Positions 11,306 through 24,280 are shown, counted from the whole stretch's first letter. The stretch is 62,586 nt of DNA, filler included, from Globobulimina sp. (GCA_003354225.1; 39 parts of 39 records of this genome joined end to end with filler, not necessarily neighbours in it); one strand, 5' to 3'. Program-made: numbers and translations. The notes: a model not told the origin generated them from the sequence alone.

Positions 11306-12728
11306 ATGACCAAAATCATTCTAACCATCAACATAGACTTAGAAAAGGTATATAACGAAGAATATGACAACAATTATAATCGCAAGGTATTAGGGCCAAT
11401 ACAACCGGTCAGACTGCCCTTACTTATCAATGTACAGCCAACTCATTCCTTATTTATCCCCGATTCGGATCAAGATACACATGATTTTGCCTTTGAATTT
11501 GATAGCGATGAAGAGCAGCAACGCACCGATTCCACCGAATCATCCCCATTACCCACCATAAGCATCACCAGTGCCAGCAGCCTGCATTACATTCATAGCC
11601 CTAAAAAAGAAAAGAAAAAAACTCCGAGTTAAGCAAATATCATGTTTATATACATTATAATTAACACAAGTAACCATAAAAGGGGGCAAAATTAAAAGGA
11701 AGCATAAAAAGAGCGCGTCCACCTCCAAACTCAATACCACTGCGATATTGACGCGACAGCGAACGCGCACTGCAGAACTGGCAGAAGTGGAGCGGTATTA
11801 TGCAGTGTCTCGCTCTCACATTGACACTGAGCACAAACCGCACAAAAGGAAGCAGGTTGCAATGGGTCATGCGGAACAGAAGAAATCGAGTCAGGTCGAG
11901 CTGGGATTTAAGAATAAATATGACAGCATCAGCAAGATAACACCGGACGAATTGGAGATATTGGCGCGAAAATTAATAAATAATAACCAATATAACGAGG
12001 TGTACAATGATGCGAATTACATTGGTTTTGGTGGTAAACATGGCCGAAGGAATAAATCCAAAAATTATATCCATCCCAAGAATAAAATTAAACGCAACCA
12101 ACATAACCATTTATTGCAAAGTAATGTGGAACGCAAATCTGAGTCTGTCACGTTTGGGTTGCAATTAATTAACTCCATCAAACAAATTACGACCAATCTG
12201 CAGCAGTTAATGATGACTTTCAGTGATGGTTTAAATGATTTGTTGCGAATATGTCAACAATTTATTGAGTTGGTCGTGGCCCCACTCCCCAGACAGGTTT
12301 ATAATGATTACAGTGACAAGATATTGCAGTATACGGATCTGGTCAAGATGGTGGATGAAATGAGCAGCAATTTCTACGATTCGTCGCAGAATTTGCAAGA
12401 GAACATACCTTCTTTGCAAAATGTATTGCAGTCGAATGTAAGTGACCGCATCAGTCAGTATCAGGCGTATACAAAGGACATGAAAGCGGCAGACAATGAT
12501 ATAAAGTCATTGCAGACTCACTGTGATAGGACATTGCGGCGGCTTTTTCGGGAAATACCGAGACCTCTGATACCGAGCGAAGGCGAGATTGAGTTATTGA
12601 GGAAAAAATCATTGAAACAACATAAGGGAATACGTGTATTTGGCGAGCATTATGTTGCGAGTAACAGTAATGAGCATATTTGCCGCGCTGTACCTTCAAA
12701 AATCAGAGCAGGTATAAAGCATTTTTGA
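11306..12728 (+). CDS. Hypothetical protein (two ORFs probably joined by an intron near 11630-11670), coiled-coil C-terminal half
   Basis: Same-strand ORFs separated by a short AT-rich segment; no family motif recognised. Confidence 0.45.
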
Positions 12729-12866
12729 TTTCTGACAGTCACTTCACTGTTTTTTTTTGTTGCTTGNNNNNNNNNNNNNNNNNNNNNNNNNNNNNNNNNN
12801 NNNNNNNNNNTTAATTAATTAANNNNNNNNNNNNNNNNNNNNNNNNNNNNNNNNNNNNNNNNNNNN

Positions 12867-14007
12867 TTCGCATGTCAGTCCTGGATTATAGACTGTGCGA
12901 AAGCCATTGGTAGCAACTTGCAGAAATTGGTTGTACGATCTGTTTGCATTATTGTTGGCAAAGTCAGGTTTGTATGGTTTCTGTAGGATGGGCTCATCTT
13001 CTTCGGAATAGAACTGCAGATGATTGACACCATATTGGGCCGCTGGGAAAATCATTGGATTATTTTCCCATTTGTTGCCATCGATGCTCTCAGTTTCGCA
13101 AATGGTAAAGAAAGCTCGCTTTGGCTTCACTCCCCAACCACAATTGAGAGAACGATTCATGGAAGATCCGATCGGAATCTGGAAACGGTTCATGGTCGTC
13201 TGAGTGTATGGAAATTTGGCGAGATGTTTTTTTGGGTAATTTTCCAATTGTTCGCATACTGAGTCATGAAACAAGATGCGCCGAACATGCACCTTGCAGC
13301 TATCAATGATGATCTTGTATTTGTCTTGAACTCCTTCTGTACGAATGAGACAATATTCGTCGCTGGTGCATCTCATTTTTATCTGTACAGATGTTTTGGG
13401 TGGTAGAAACCGCTTGGATGTGAACACATTATGGTTTAGCCGGCCATAAAGTTGAAGAACTTTGCTTTTTTCGATGTACATATGCCGACTCTCAGGAATA
13501 GCGGCTGGATACTGGTAATCTTTAGACCAAACATTTGACATTTTCATAGTGTCATACTGAAACTGCTCATCATAATCAATAAGATTGTGGAGTAAAGCAG
13601 TTTGTGGATGGAACGTGCCAATATCTCCTACTCCGACTTCATTGATCAACACATCAACACTTGAAAACAGTGCATTGAAAAAATCGTTGGTTGGTTGGAT
13701 CTTTTCTCTGTCATCTTCGGTTAGATTCTGGCCATTCTCTTTAACGACTCTCAACTGGATCTCCACAAAGAAGTTGCTCAGATCTGTACCAAGCTCATTA
13801 GAATGTGGAATCGTAAAGTGGCTGCGTCCAGGGTCTGCAAATATTTAAATATTTAAATTTAATCTTATCAAAAATTAACTCACCACTTGGTGTCAAATCT
13901 TGGTACTCTTTAAAATAAACTCTTTTGACTGTCTCATCTTGATTGTCAACGGAAAGCAAGTCATAGTCCTTGATAGAATCATCAGTACCACGTGAACGTT
14001 TTGCCAT
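12867..14007 (-). CDS. Polinton/adintovirus-type major capsid protein with a 49-nt intron (13835-13883), 3'-partial
   Basis: Spliced sequence DYDLLSVDNQDETVKRVYFKEYQDLTPSDPGRSHFTIP...DLSNFFVEIQLRVV, PTNDFFNALFSSVDVLIN, LYGRLNHNVF...LPPKTSVQIKM, KIIIDSCKVHVRR, PKRAFF follows Polinton PY capsid motifs in order. Confidence 0.82.
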
Positions 14008-14099
14008 TTTGACAGGGAAAAACCGCAACTCACTAGGTGATAATAAGCGAGAATGACAAAGTTGTCAAAATTCTCATGGTTATACTGCCCTGGTCGACG

Positions 14100-14137
14100 C
14101 TGATTGGCTAGTTTAGTTGTCACGTGACTCTGATTGG
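14100..14137 (-). promoter_or_regulatory. Candidate Pol II promoter: two CCAATCAG boxes flanking the palindromic E-box GTCACGTGAC
   Basis: CCAATCAG on the minus strand at 14100-14107 and 14130-14137; GTCACGTGAC at 14119-14128; about 93 nt upstream of the capsid ATG. Confidence 0.5.
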
Positions 14138-14373
14138 ACCACCGAAAGTTGCACGATGACGTCATTAATGTCAGTTACATCTTCTCCATCCAGATCTTTC
14201 AAGTGGATTTCGATTTCTTGATATCGTCCAATTTGAGTAGGAACTTTGGGTCGTGTGAATTTCTGTATTCCATATGTCAATGACAACACTTTCGCGAAAC
14301 TTTTTCCCAATGGTTGACGATCACAGAGATTGCAGCAGATTATCAGAGGCACATGGAGTGATAGAAATGCCTT
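14113..14373 (-). CDS. Polinton-type minor capsid (penton/PX) C-terminus, 5'-partial
   Basis: LIICCNLCDRQPLG...VL...YQEIEIHLKDLDGEDV...VIVQL fits the penton C-terminal pattern; lies directly upstream of the major capsid gene. Confidence 0.62.
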   Translation of the reverse strand, partial: KAFLSLHVPLIICCNLCDRQPLGKSFAKVLSLTYGIQKFTRPKVPTQIGRYQEIEIHLKDLDGEDVTDINDVIVQLSVVQSESRDN

Positions 14374-14474
14374 CNNNNNNNNNNNNNNNNNNNNNNNNNN
14401 NNNNNNNNNNNNNNNNNNTTAATTAATTAANNNNNNNNNNNNNNNNNNNNNNNNNNNNNNNNNNNNNNNNNNNN

Positions 14475-15661
14475 GCATCAAACCATTGTCCGGCTTGTGG
14501 TGCATTTTGGACTGATTCATCCGAACCACAATGTAAATCATAATTTTTCGCGGATCTATCACTTGTACCATCCGATTCGCCGGGAACTTTGGCCCAAACA
14601 AAGGCATCAACATTACTTAAACCCGTGGACGAGGTGGAAGTGGATGGAAAATGGCCAAAACCACTATTTGCAATATTACACCATTGACAACACGGATCAC
14701 CACACGACTCAGCCTCTGCTTTCCTGCAATCTGGCACACCATTTCGAGAGGTATCCGTGATCCAATATTTCCCGCTGATGCCGGCCTGTTGCATATAACC
14801 ATCCAAATATCGCATATAAATGGCTTCATTCACACAGTCATTATAATTCTCTTTCAATTTACATGGATCCGACTGATCCGAGGTCGATCCCAATGGCTGA
14901 TAATTGGCGGTATTCGATACAAAGCCACGAATCGTATTCACTCCACCTGTGATTTATATATATATTTAATGCGATTTTGCGTATAATTACATTATATTAC
15001 CTGCAGTTTGTAAGACGCTTTTAATAATTAGCGAGAATTTTTGCGCATTGTCTGGCCATCCTAACCAACCGCCGTGCGCTGCATCGACATACTGGACCAC
15101 ATTTGGGAGGGCATGCAACTTCTGAATGGCATACGGAATACAAGTCATATATGCAGTTTGTGCCTGGACGCATTTCGCCACATTCATATTTGTGGCGAGA
15201 TTGGGTAAAGAATCGGGCTCAATGATGGCTACAATGGTCAATTTGCTGTATTTGGAATTGCTAAGGATGCTTACAATGGGATCGATATACTGACTTTTAT
15301 ACTGTTGGATGCCTTGCGTGCACGCATTGTCTGCACAGCTAATCTCGCCGTTGGACGCAGCTGCCGAGCAATCCCGGTCTGGTACATCATAAACAATAAT
15401 CTGCACCACAGTTTTGCCCGATTGTGCCGCTGCGCCATCCAGCACCGTGGTTAAATTCTTAATGCGAGAGATTGAATCGATCCAATAAAACACAGGCACA
15501 TTTTGATATTTTTTAAGCAAGGTGGCTTTGTCCGGATGCGCATTGATGGATCCTTGCACTTCCTTGACATAGGTTTGTTGGATATATACTGTTGCGCCTG
15601 AATACGGATTTTGACCCAACGCTAAACTCACCAAGAAAGCTGCTGCTAAGATAAACAACAT
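14475..15661 (-). CDS. Secreted glycoside hydrolase family 6 (cellobiohydrolase II-like); intron 14947-15000; 3'-partial
   Basis: Signal peptide; IVYDVPDRDCSAAASNGE, IIEPDSLPNLATN, YVDAAHGGWLGWPDN, GFVSNTANY, DTSRNG, DAFVWAKVPGESDGTS, APQAGQWF. Confidence 0.95.
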
Positions 15662-16082
15662 TGTCGTTTTTCGATTTGCTTTGATTTGTTGTGAAAGGTT
15701 GATTTTGGTTTTGGTTGAAAACTTTCTCAATAAATCATTTCTTCGATGAACCACCGTTGTACTCCGAGAGTCGCAGATAATGTACATTCTTTTTTGACAG
15801 TTGCTTTAATGGTATGTATTATATTGATGGTTATCAGGTCCTTTGGATGGAAATTACAAAGTGAAGTAAATGGCAATATAATAAACTATAAATTGGTGGA
15901 TCGCAATTTAAGATATTGTTTACATTTTATTTATTGGATCTGCCTTTTGCTGCAATGGCAGTGAATTGATTTATAAATATTTNNNNNNNNNNNNNNNNNN
16001 NNNNNNNNNNNNNNNNNNNNNNNNNNTTAATTAATTAANNNNNNNNNNNNNNNNNNNNNNNNNNNNNNNNNNNNNNNNNNNN

Positions 16083-17590
16083 AGCAATCATGGACATGAA
16101 CCTGATCCTGAAATTATCGAACTAACTGAAGAAATTCGACAAAAAATGTCAACACCAAATATTCAAATAATATACGCAGATGAAACAAAGGAAGCATCAG
16201 AGGTCAATTTAATCGATAAATTGCATGGTTGTGGTGCTATATCAATTAATATTTGCGGTTGGTATAAAATAAGAATATATTTGCATTATTGGATCTGGCA
16301 AATACCATTCTTATTAATTAATATTTTATTGTTTTGCATATGGCGTATTACCGACATAACTGACATTGCTTCGGGAATTGGCTTCTTTGCGGTTGGAACA
16401 GTATTAATGTCCGCATTAATCAGAGATAGAATGTTTTTATGGCTGATTTACTATTTAGTAAAGAGAGCAGTTTGTTGCTCAGATTATGCTCGCTATCATT
16501 TGTCGCGAATCGCAGATTGTATCGGTGGACTACATTCATCATTGGGTCTTGTTCTGCATTCGAAAATTCATAAAAACGTTTTGTTTCCAAAATAACTTAA
16601 CGGAAAAACAAAAAGTTATTATGGATTTTGCATGTCATAAAAAGTAATAATATGTTAACATAACTTTTTTATTCAACAGGCGTAACAGCACTTATTTGGA
16701 ACAGTATATACGCGCGAAATATGTTTTTCCTTCAACGCAAAGAATGGAATGTTATATCCGGCACAGCTTTGGGTTTACCATTGCTATTATCTTTGATATG
16801 CATCTCAGCCGCACCATGTCTCAGATATTATTATCATAACTCATTTGAAGTAATACATCGTTATTTAAATTGGTTAGCTGTGCAATTATTATTGCTGCAT
16901 ATTGGTTTTGTGAATTACAAACATTCATTCCTGCGGTCACCAACAATATTGGCCATATGTTTGCTGATTTTAACCATTTATCCATGGATCATTATCCATA
17001 GAATTGCAGGGAAAAATGTCGAAATTATAGCGTCCACATCGGGCGTTTCGACAGCATTTATTTTTCCAATATGGTCTCCAATGGGCGCAGTATGTAAAAT
17101 ATCGTTAAATTGTCGTGAATTTCACGTAATGGGTATCACGCCATTGCCGTTTGATAAAAGTAAAGGGGGCCATCGCTCATTGGTTTTGATCAAATCGTTG
17201 GGAGATTGGTCGCATTCGGTAGTTAGAAAATCATTAATTACCATCGGATCGACTCATTCAATGCAGCATGGTTTGCAAAGTAAACATTTTTGGATACATC
17301 GCATTAAAGCACCAAATTTTTCTCAGGGATTATTTAATTGGAATCGCGTTTTTGCACTGGCCACTGGCGCTGGCATAGCACCATTGATTCCATATGTTGT
17401 CAATACTAAACATTTTCAGAAATTACAAATCTCACTGTTGTGGGTTGCAAGGGATCATTCAACTAATTATCCACAATTTATTGTTGACATTTTAAAGCCT
17501 TTACCAAATGTGGTTTTGTGGGATACTACGAAACGGAAAAGACCAAATCTGCCATTATTAACTATGGAGAAAGTGAAAGAGTTTGATGCT
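16083..17590 (+). CDS. Ferric reductase-like membrane protein with FAD/NAD-binding (FNR-like) domain; intron about 16546-16679; partial
   Basis: Several TM helices with conserved His (IGGLHSS, HNSFEVIHRY, LLLHI), EFHVMG, KSLGDWS, ALATGAGIAP. Confidence 0.75.
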
Positions 17591-18208
17591 NNNNNNNNNN
17601 NNNNNNNNNNNNNNNNNNNNNNNNNNNNNNNNNNTTAATTAATTAANNNNNNNNNNNNNNNNNNNNNNNNNNNNNNNNNNNNNNNNNNNNTGTTTCAGCA
17701 CAGACTCTGCCACTTTCCTAAAACGAATGTTTTCAGGATTCAAATATTTGTCTACTAATTCCGTGGATGTTAGCCATTGATAGATGTGACTTAATAAATC
17801 GTCTGAACCCATTCATCGGCTCTTGTTACTGCATGAACTCATTGATAGAATGTTTAATATCATTATAATGATAATACATTTGGTGAACATCGAATTGAAT
17901 GAGGTATAGGTACCAACTTTTAATGCTTGATTTTGTTTACTTATAAATCAAAACTAAGTGACTTTGAAATAAAGTGCGAGGAGATCCATCTGAGAAAAGA
18001 TAGTTTTTAGACATTTTGGGAAAACTGCAAAACAAAACCACCAAAGCCATACAAATAGTTATCATTAAAAATCGATGGATATAAAATGCATTTATTTGCT
18101 ATTGTATTTTTACAATGTATACAATGCATAAAACGGATTACAAAACATTTATACGACACAAAACATGCTTTGTACACTACTTTGCATATTAATATAGAGC
18201 TTCCTTTC

Positions 18209-18760
18209 CTAGACTGCAGCTGATGTCTCTTTGGACTCGTCATTAATTTCTGACGTATCCCTCCCTTCGCCAATTACCGCATACCATGCAACTATACACT
18301 TTGCATCTATTTTGGTACACAATTTTCTATAATAACTAGTAAAATATGAATATGATAATAATACACATACAAAATCAACAAAAATACTAATTAATTGCGC
18401 CAAATTCCGCGCATATCCAATGAATATATTATCTGTACTGGCTTTTAAAAACAACAAAATGCCATAAAAAAAAATAAATATCAAACAAGTGACAGTCAAT
18501 ATTGTACTCCGAGTGATAATACCTATAAACAAATGACTTTTAGACAGATTTTTATAGATTTTAAGCAGTTTATATATGAATAATGCCACCAAATAGAATG
18601 TAAACAAGAAAAACAACAAAAGCAATGTTAAAAATATTATCACACCAAACACAGTGTTCGTAGATAATGCAACCACACAATATCCGATTAAAAAGGGCAC
18701 AATCACAGCAAGAACGATATAGGAATATACTGAACATGCACTTAATGCGAACTGCTGTCT
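18209..18760 (-). CDS. Multi-pass membrane protein fragment (GPCR-like helices)
   Basis: Four hydrophobic helices and a C-terminal YYRKLCTKIDAKC amphipathic tail; the 5' structure is unclear. Confidence 0.5.
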   Translation of the reverse strand, partial: RQQFALSACSVYSYIVLAVIVPFLIGYCVVALSTNTVFGVIIFLTLLLLFFLFTFYLVALFIYKLLKIYKNLSKSHLFIGIITRSTILTVTCLIFIFFYGILLFLKASTDNIFIGYARNLAQLISIFVDFVCVLLSYSYFTSYYRKLCTKIDAKCIVAWYAVIGEGRDTSEINDESKETSAAV

Positions 18761-18892
18761 CTTATAATAAATAAAAATGTTTCAAAAACGGTTCTAAAGT
18801 AGTCTGGATCATCGAAACCAACTTTAAATCAACATATCCTGGCACCATATCATTAAAACAAACGGCAACATCACACAAGAAACACACACAAA

Positions 18893-19198
18893 TTATACTA
18901 AATTTGCATCAATGATTGGAGCCCATATTTGTAACTGTTTAATTTGGAATTCTTGTCCATTTGTTAGCGATGGACTGTTAAACGTGTCGCACTTTACTGT
19001 TCGCCCAAAATTAAACTCATAATCAAAATAAATCGCGGGGCATTCACCAGCTCCAATAGTTACTGCATCTGTATCATTCCTAAAAAAATATTTTTTATAT
19101 CCAGAACCTTTATAAATCATTAATTCATTTTTATCTTTGTCTTTTATGTCGTTATTATGCATATAATTAAACACAAAGCAATCAATGGTCCCTTTATA
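18893..19198 (-). CDS. TLDc domain C-terminus, 5'-partial
   Basis: CFVF...VTIGAGECPAIYFDYEFNFGRTVKCDTFNSPSL...FQIKQLQIW is the TLDc signature. Confidence 0.88.
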   Translation of the reverse strand, partial: YKGTIDCFVFNYMHNNDIKDKDKNELMIYKGSGYKKYFFRNDTDAVTIGAGECPAIYFDYEFNFGRTVKCDTFNSPSLTNGQEFQIKQLQIWAPIIDANLV

Positions 19199-19425
19199 NN
19201 NNNNNNNNNNNNNNNNNNNNNNNNNNNNNNNNNNNNNNNNNNTTAATTAATTAANNNNNNNNNNNNNNNNNNNNNNNNNNNNNNNNNNNNNNNNNNNNAT
19301 GAGGTCCGATGGTATTGATAATGACAAAATCACCACTTACAGAAACAGACATAGTTATAATATTATATGTGTGTTGAAAAATATCTTTTCAATCACTCAC
19401 AAAACAAATTATAATAATACTCACA

Positions 19426-20806
19426 GTGCATGTAATCTATGATAGATTCGATTCCATAAACACCGGATTACTGCCAAAGAATGCTGTCCACGTTGGAAAT
19501 GGTATTAAAATGCAACGACTGAACTGGATTCCATTGCATGTTAAGACCATAAAAAATTCCATATGGCAACATATTGACCGTACAAAGATAGAATATGACC
19601 ATCAACACTTTGAGAAACATTTTCAAACAACACAAAGACCACAAGTTACGCTTACAATCTCTGCAGAAGCAGGCATTCGTAGTTACAATTTGCACGATTT
19701 AGAGCTTGATCATAAAGAAAATTGTAACAGATCTTTTGTATCAAACAAACGAAGAACTGACGTTACGATTGGACTAAGAAAATTAAATTTAAGTATCAAA
19801 CAAATACGTGATGCATTGCATAATATGGACGAACGGATACTGACAACAGAAAGGTTAGATTTATTGTTATCAATTATACCAACAATGGATGAACAATTCC
19901 AAGCGAAAAATATGTTCTCCGCTCAATTCACTGAGTATGGAACAGTTGAACAATTATTTTTTGCTCTTTGTGACTTTGTGGACTTTCGGCAAAGATTAAA
20001 ATTATGGATATTTAAGCAGAATGCTTATGAAATGTATCGAGTGATAGTGGATCAATATAAAATAATCGGAAAAGCATCTGATAAAGTTAGGCATTCTCGG
20101 AAATTGAAATTATTGCTGACAATTATATTAATGCTTGGTAATCATATGAACAGTGGGTCAGATGCAGCGGGCATATATGGGTTTGAGTTGGCTGCGTTAA
20201 CTAAATTGAAAGAGGTACGATCACCATTAAATAAACAATCTTTGTTAACGTATATTTATCGATTTTGTGATGAAAGATACCCGAATGTGTTAAATGTGAT
20301 TGATGGATCCGGATTATATCCGTACGTTAAACGAGCAGCGATGTTGGATAGACCAGCTTTGAGACGATTATGTGATTCGTTTTTGCAATGTATGGAAGAG
20401 GTAAAATGTTTGATCGGTTTGGATGATGATGAAAGATATAATATTGATGATAGATTTATTGCTGTAATGACACAATTTTATCAAACTGCATGGTGTTGGA
20501 CAAGAAGACTTAATATGACTATGCGATATGGGATGGTTTGCATTAAACGCGTACTCAAAAAATATCTGTTTACTGGATCAAATGCATTGTTTTTCAAAAT
20601 ATGGTATGTGTTTTTGAATGATTTAAAAGTTGCCAAACGAAGATTGGTTGATTTGGAAGAAGAGAAATATAAAAATGGTTCAAACTATAAAACAGAATTG
20701 CATGCAAGCAGTGGAATTTTAAAAGCTTTGGAGCAAAGATGGAGATTTCGGAAACATGATACGTTTTTAAAACAACATATTGCAAATTATCCAGGTGTTA
20801 CTATTG
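19426..20806 (+). CDS. Formin FH2 domain protein, partial
   Basis: KMQRLNWIPL..SIW, RRTDVTIGLRKL, ILMLGNHMNSG...IYGFELAALTKLKEVRS...SLLTYI. Confidence 0.9.
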
Positions 20807-22938
20807 NNNNNNNNNNNNNNNNNNNNNNNNNNNNNNNNNNNNNNNNNNNNTTAATTAATTAANNNNNNNNNNNNNNNNNNNNNNNNNNNNNNNNNNNNNN
20901 NNNNNNAGATGAATGTATTTTTAAACTCGGTGAATGAATAACGGCAGATTTGATGTATTTTTAAACTTAATTATGAATTATGATTAAATTATGAATTGCC
21001 AGTTGCATTCAATTTGATATTCATTTCTTAACATATTTGAAAAGAACCAAGTTAGCCTAATTGACTTTGGCTTTCTGCAAAAAGGAACAGTTTTCCAATT
21101 TTCAGTTGTCCCAAATTTTCTGGCAGTAACATTGTAATTCAAAACATGGCTTTGCCCAACAGTCTCTTCTAGCTGTACAGTGGTGTATCGGATAAGATGC
21201 AGACGCTATGACCAAAAATTTCAATATAGTAGTGGGACAACATTCGGCTTAAAATATAAATAACAAACAGTTACAATATTAAAAACAAGTGCGAGATTGG
21301 TTGCTTCAAACATACAAACATGCCAACAATGTATATTAACATCCCGATCTCCCTCTGCGTTGGAAGAGGACCTCAATCAAACTGGTGCAGGTTCTAACAC
21401 GAAGCCGCTTTCCAATGCGTAAAATAATGATGTATGCCAACACCATATACCAATACATCTTTTACACCAGTTTTAATGCGGTATTTTAACGGGCATAGCA
21501 CTATAAATAACCCTAAATTCCAATGGCTTCAAAAACTTCAGTGCAAGGATAACACATCTCATTCAATTAGAAAAGATTTCTAAAGAAGAGAGTATCCGAG
21601 CAGTGCGATGAAAAACACCACACAATTCCTTAACTGCTCCAAGCAAACAACCAGCACCAACCATAACTGAACAGGAAAATATCGCTGCTCAAATCACAAT
21701 GAAAAAACACGAAAAAGCCATAGCAAATAACCTAAAAAAATCCAACTAAAACACGTGCAGGCAAACAAAACCATGGAGTGTCTCTCCAGCTGCAATCCGC
21801 CATCATCGCGGTACTAATAAACGTGATGTAAAATAATAGCCGAGAGGTGGCGTGTTGTCGGCCACCTAATGTATAATTCAATGTCCCAATCACATTGTAA
21901 ATTAGTTACAATTGCATTGGGCATGCATTTTCGGTCTCAAAATTATACACGCCATATAATAATACACGTAAACCAGCTGCCTAGAATCCAACGGGCTTAC
22001 TCAGCAACAACAGTTGTGCAGTTATGATCTGCCTGCAACGTATCTTACTTTCAATGTTCAGGTACCGACCAGAGCCTAAAAGTGATGATCCAAGGGATCT
22101 TTACACGTGACGGATTCCCGGTCACATGGTTGAGGAAGATGAGAGAGGAGTGGAAGTGAAGTTTACTGATGCCTATATATGCTTTTCTGTTGGATTTCAA
22201 GTTGGCGATACTTCCTTGTTGAAAGCATGAGTTTTAAAAAGTTTTTCCACTGCAAACACACTAAACATCCTTCTCCTTTTTCTTACATTTTCGTAAGGTG
22301 TGGCATGATAAATGTTTGTTAGTGCAAACACATACGATACAGCCAAAAATAAATGGGTAAACCAACAAATCCACAAAATACATAACCAAACGCAATATGC
22401 GTCCAAACATTACGNNNNNNNNNNNNNNNNNNNNNNNNNNNNNNNNNNNNNNNNNNNNTTAATTAATTAANNNNNNNNNNNNNNNNNNNNNNNNNNNNNN
22501 NNNNNNNNNNNNNNCCTCGCACGGGAAATGGCAGATGTAAGGGTTGAATTTCGCGGCGGTGAGAGCCTCTCCCGGCTTCACTGATTTATCCAACGAAATC
22601 ACCTTGTTCACTAAATCAACTCTAATGCCGCTGTGAAATGAGTCCACGAGCTGGCAGCAATATGCACCCAACTTGAAGCTGCTCACGTCATGCTGTACCA
22701 GGCTCTGCGAGAACAGGTCGAAATAATATTTATTAAAAGTGTGTGTTTGGACTGATCAACCTGCATCTGATTACCATTGATACTGTTAACTTTCTCTTTT
22801 GTTTTGTGATTCACCCAAAATTGCAGGAGATATTTATTTAACGATATATTCAGATAGATAACCCATCACTGTATACTGAATATTTCTCTTACATTTCCAA
22901 CGATAATGGTCTACATTTGTCAGTTTTTCAACTTAAAG

Positions 22939-24022
22939 ATGTTTTTCCTACTTTGGACAGTTCTCAATGCTAAGCTTGCTTTATGCAGGCCAACAGTAGG
23001 TATTATACGATGGGATGCGTGGAATCTAGTGAATGGGAGTTATGATGAAATATCTTATTATCTTCACAGGTATGTTAGTGGAATATATATTTTTGTATCA
23101 ATACTTTTCAATATTAAAATAAACAGAGATATGAGTCCAGAACACTGGCATTATAAATTACCATTTTTTGTAGAAATATTATCTCCAAATAATATATCAT
23201 TTAATAATAATCAACAATCACACATCGATCAAGAGATTCAATATGCTCACTCTGCAGGCATTGGTAACTTATATCTACTGTGCATTCCATATTTTTTCCA
23301 GCTTGTTTCACATTAACTGACCAATAAAAAACAAGTTGGAAAATAACATTATTAATTGTATATTAGATTATTTTGCATTTGATACATATTGCAAATATGG
23401 AAAAAACTGTGCAACGAATTCGTCGCTGTGTCGATTTTATTCTAACACAACAAGTTATGATTACTGTCCAGAAGATCCAACGTATGCATTGGATTTATAT
23501 TTAAACTCAACATATAAAAATTTGGTGAATTTTAGCTTTGTTTTATTGGGTTCACGTAAAAATGCTCAAATTTATGTTGATTTCATGAAACAAGATACAT
23601 TTCAAACTGTAATGGGCAATCGACCGTTGATTTATTTATTTCAATTCTCTGACGAAGAAGCAAATGACTGCGGTGGATGGAATGTTGCACAAAATGCGTT
23701 TAATAATATCAGAAACTTAGCAATCTCGAATGGATTAAATAATCCATATTTTGTGCTGATGGACTTTAATGTACAAACTGCTCATAAAAATGCTGTGAAA
23801 TTAGCATTTGATGCGATAAGTACGTATGCATTGCCTGGTGGCACAAACCCAGAAGGCGCTCCATTTAGTGAACACGCGGAAGCAGCAAAGAATTGGTGGA
23901 ATAGTGCTGCAGCAAATAACTATAAAATGGTGCCGTTGATCCCAACAGGTTTTTATTTATAAATTAAAATAATATTAATATTATATTATGTTTTATTTTA
24001 TTTTAGGATGGTTCATGGGTTC
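22939..24022 (+). CDS. Secreted glycoside hydrolase-like TIM-barrel protein (GH99/GH71-like) with at least 3 introns, 3'-partial
   Basis: Signal peptide; TVGIIRWDAW, MSPEHWHYKLPFF, IDQEIQYAHSAGI/DYFAFD, FQTVMGNRPLIYLF, PLIPTGW. Confidence 0.6.
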
Positions 24023-24280
24023 NNNNNNNNNNNNNNNNNNNNNNNNNNNNNNNNNNNNNNNNNNNNTTAATTAATTAANNNNNNNNNNNNNNNNNNNNNN
24101 NNNNNNNNNNNNNNNNNNNNNNCCGCTATCGTAGTTTAAAAATCCAATCTCGGCTAGAAGTGACTGTAAAGGTGACATGCTTTCGAATGTTTAACCTCCG
24201 AACTTAATTGGCAGTAGTCAATTGAATTAAATAAAAAGATTTATATTTAAGAAAGTTAAAAGGAAAACCAACATTAATTC

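Noticed and set aside
22062-22170. Possible C/D snoRNA (GTGATGA...CTGA) or terminal exon (YRPEPKSDDPRDLYT*)
   Set aside because: No terminal stem or recognisable rRNA guide, and the peptide is too short to assign; the contig is otherwise noncoding.
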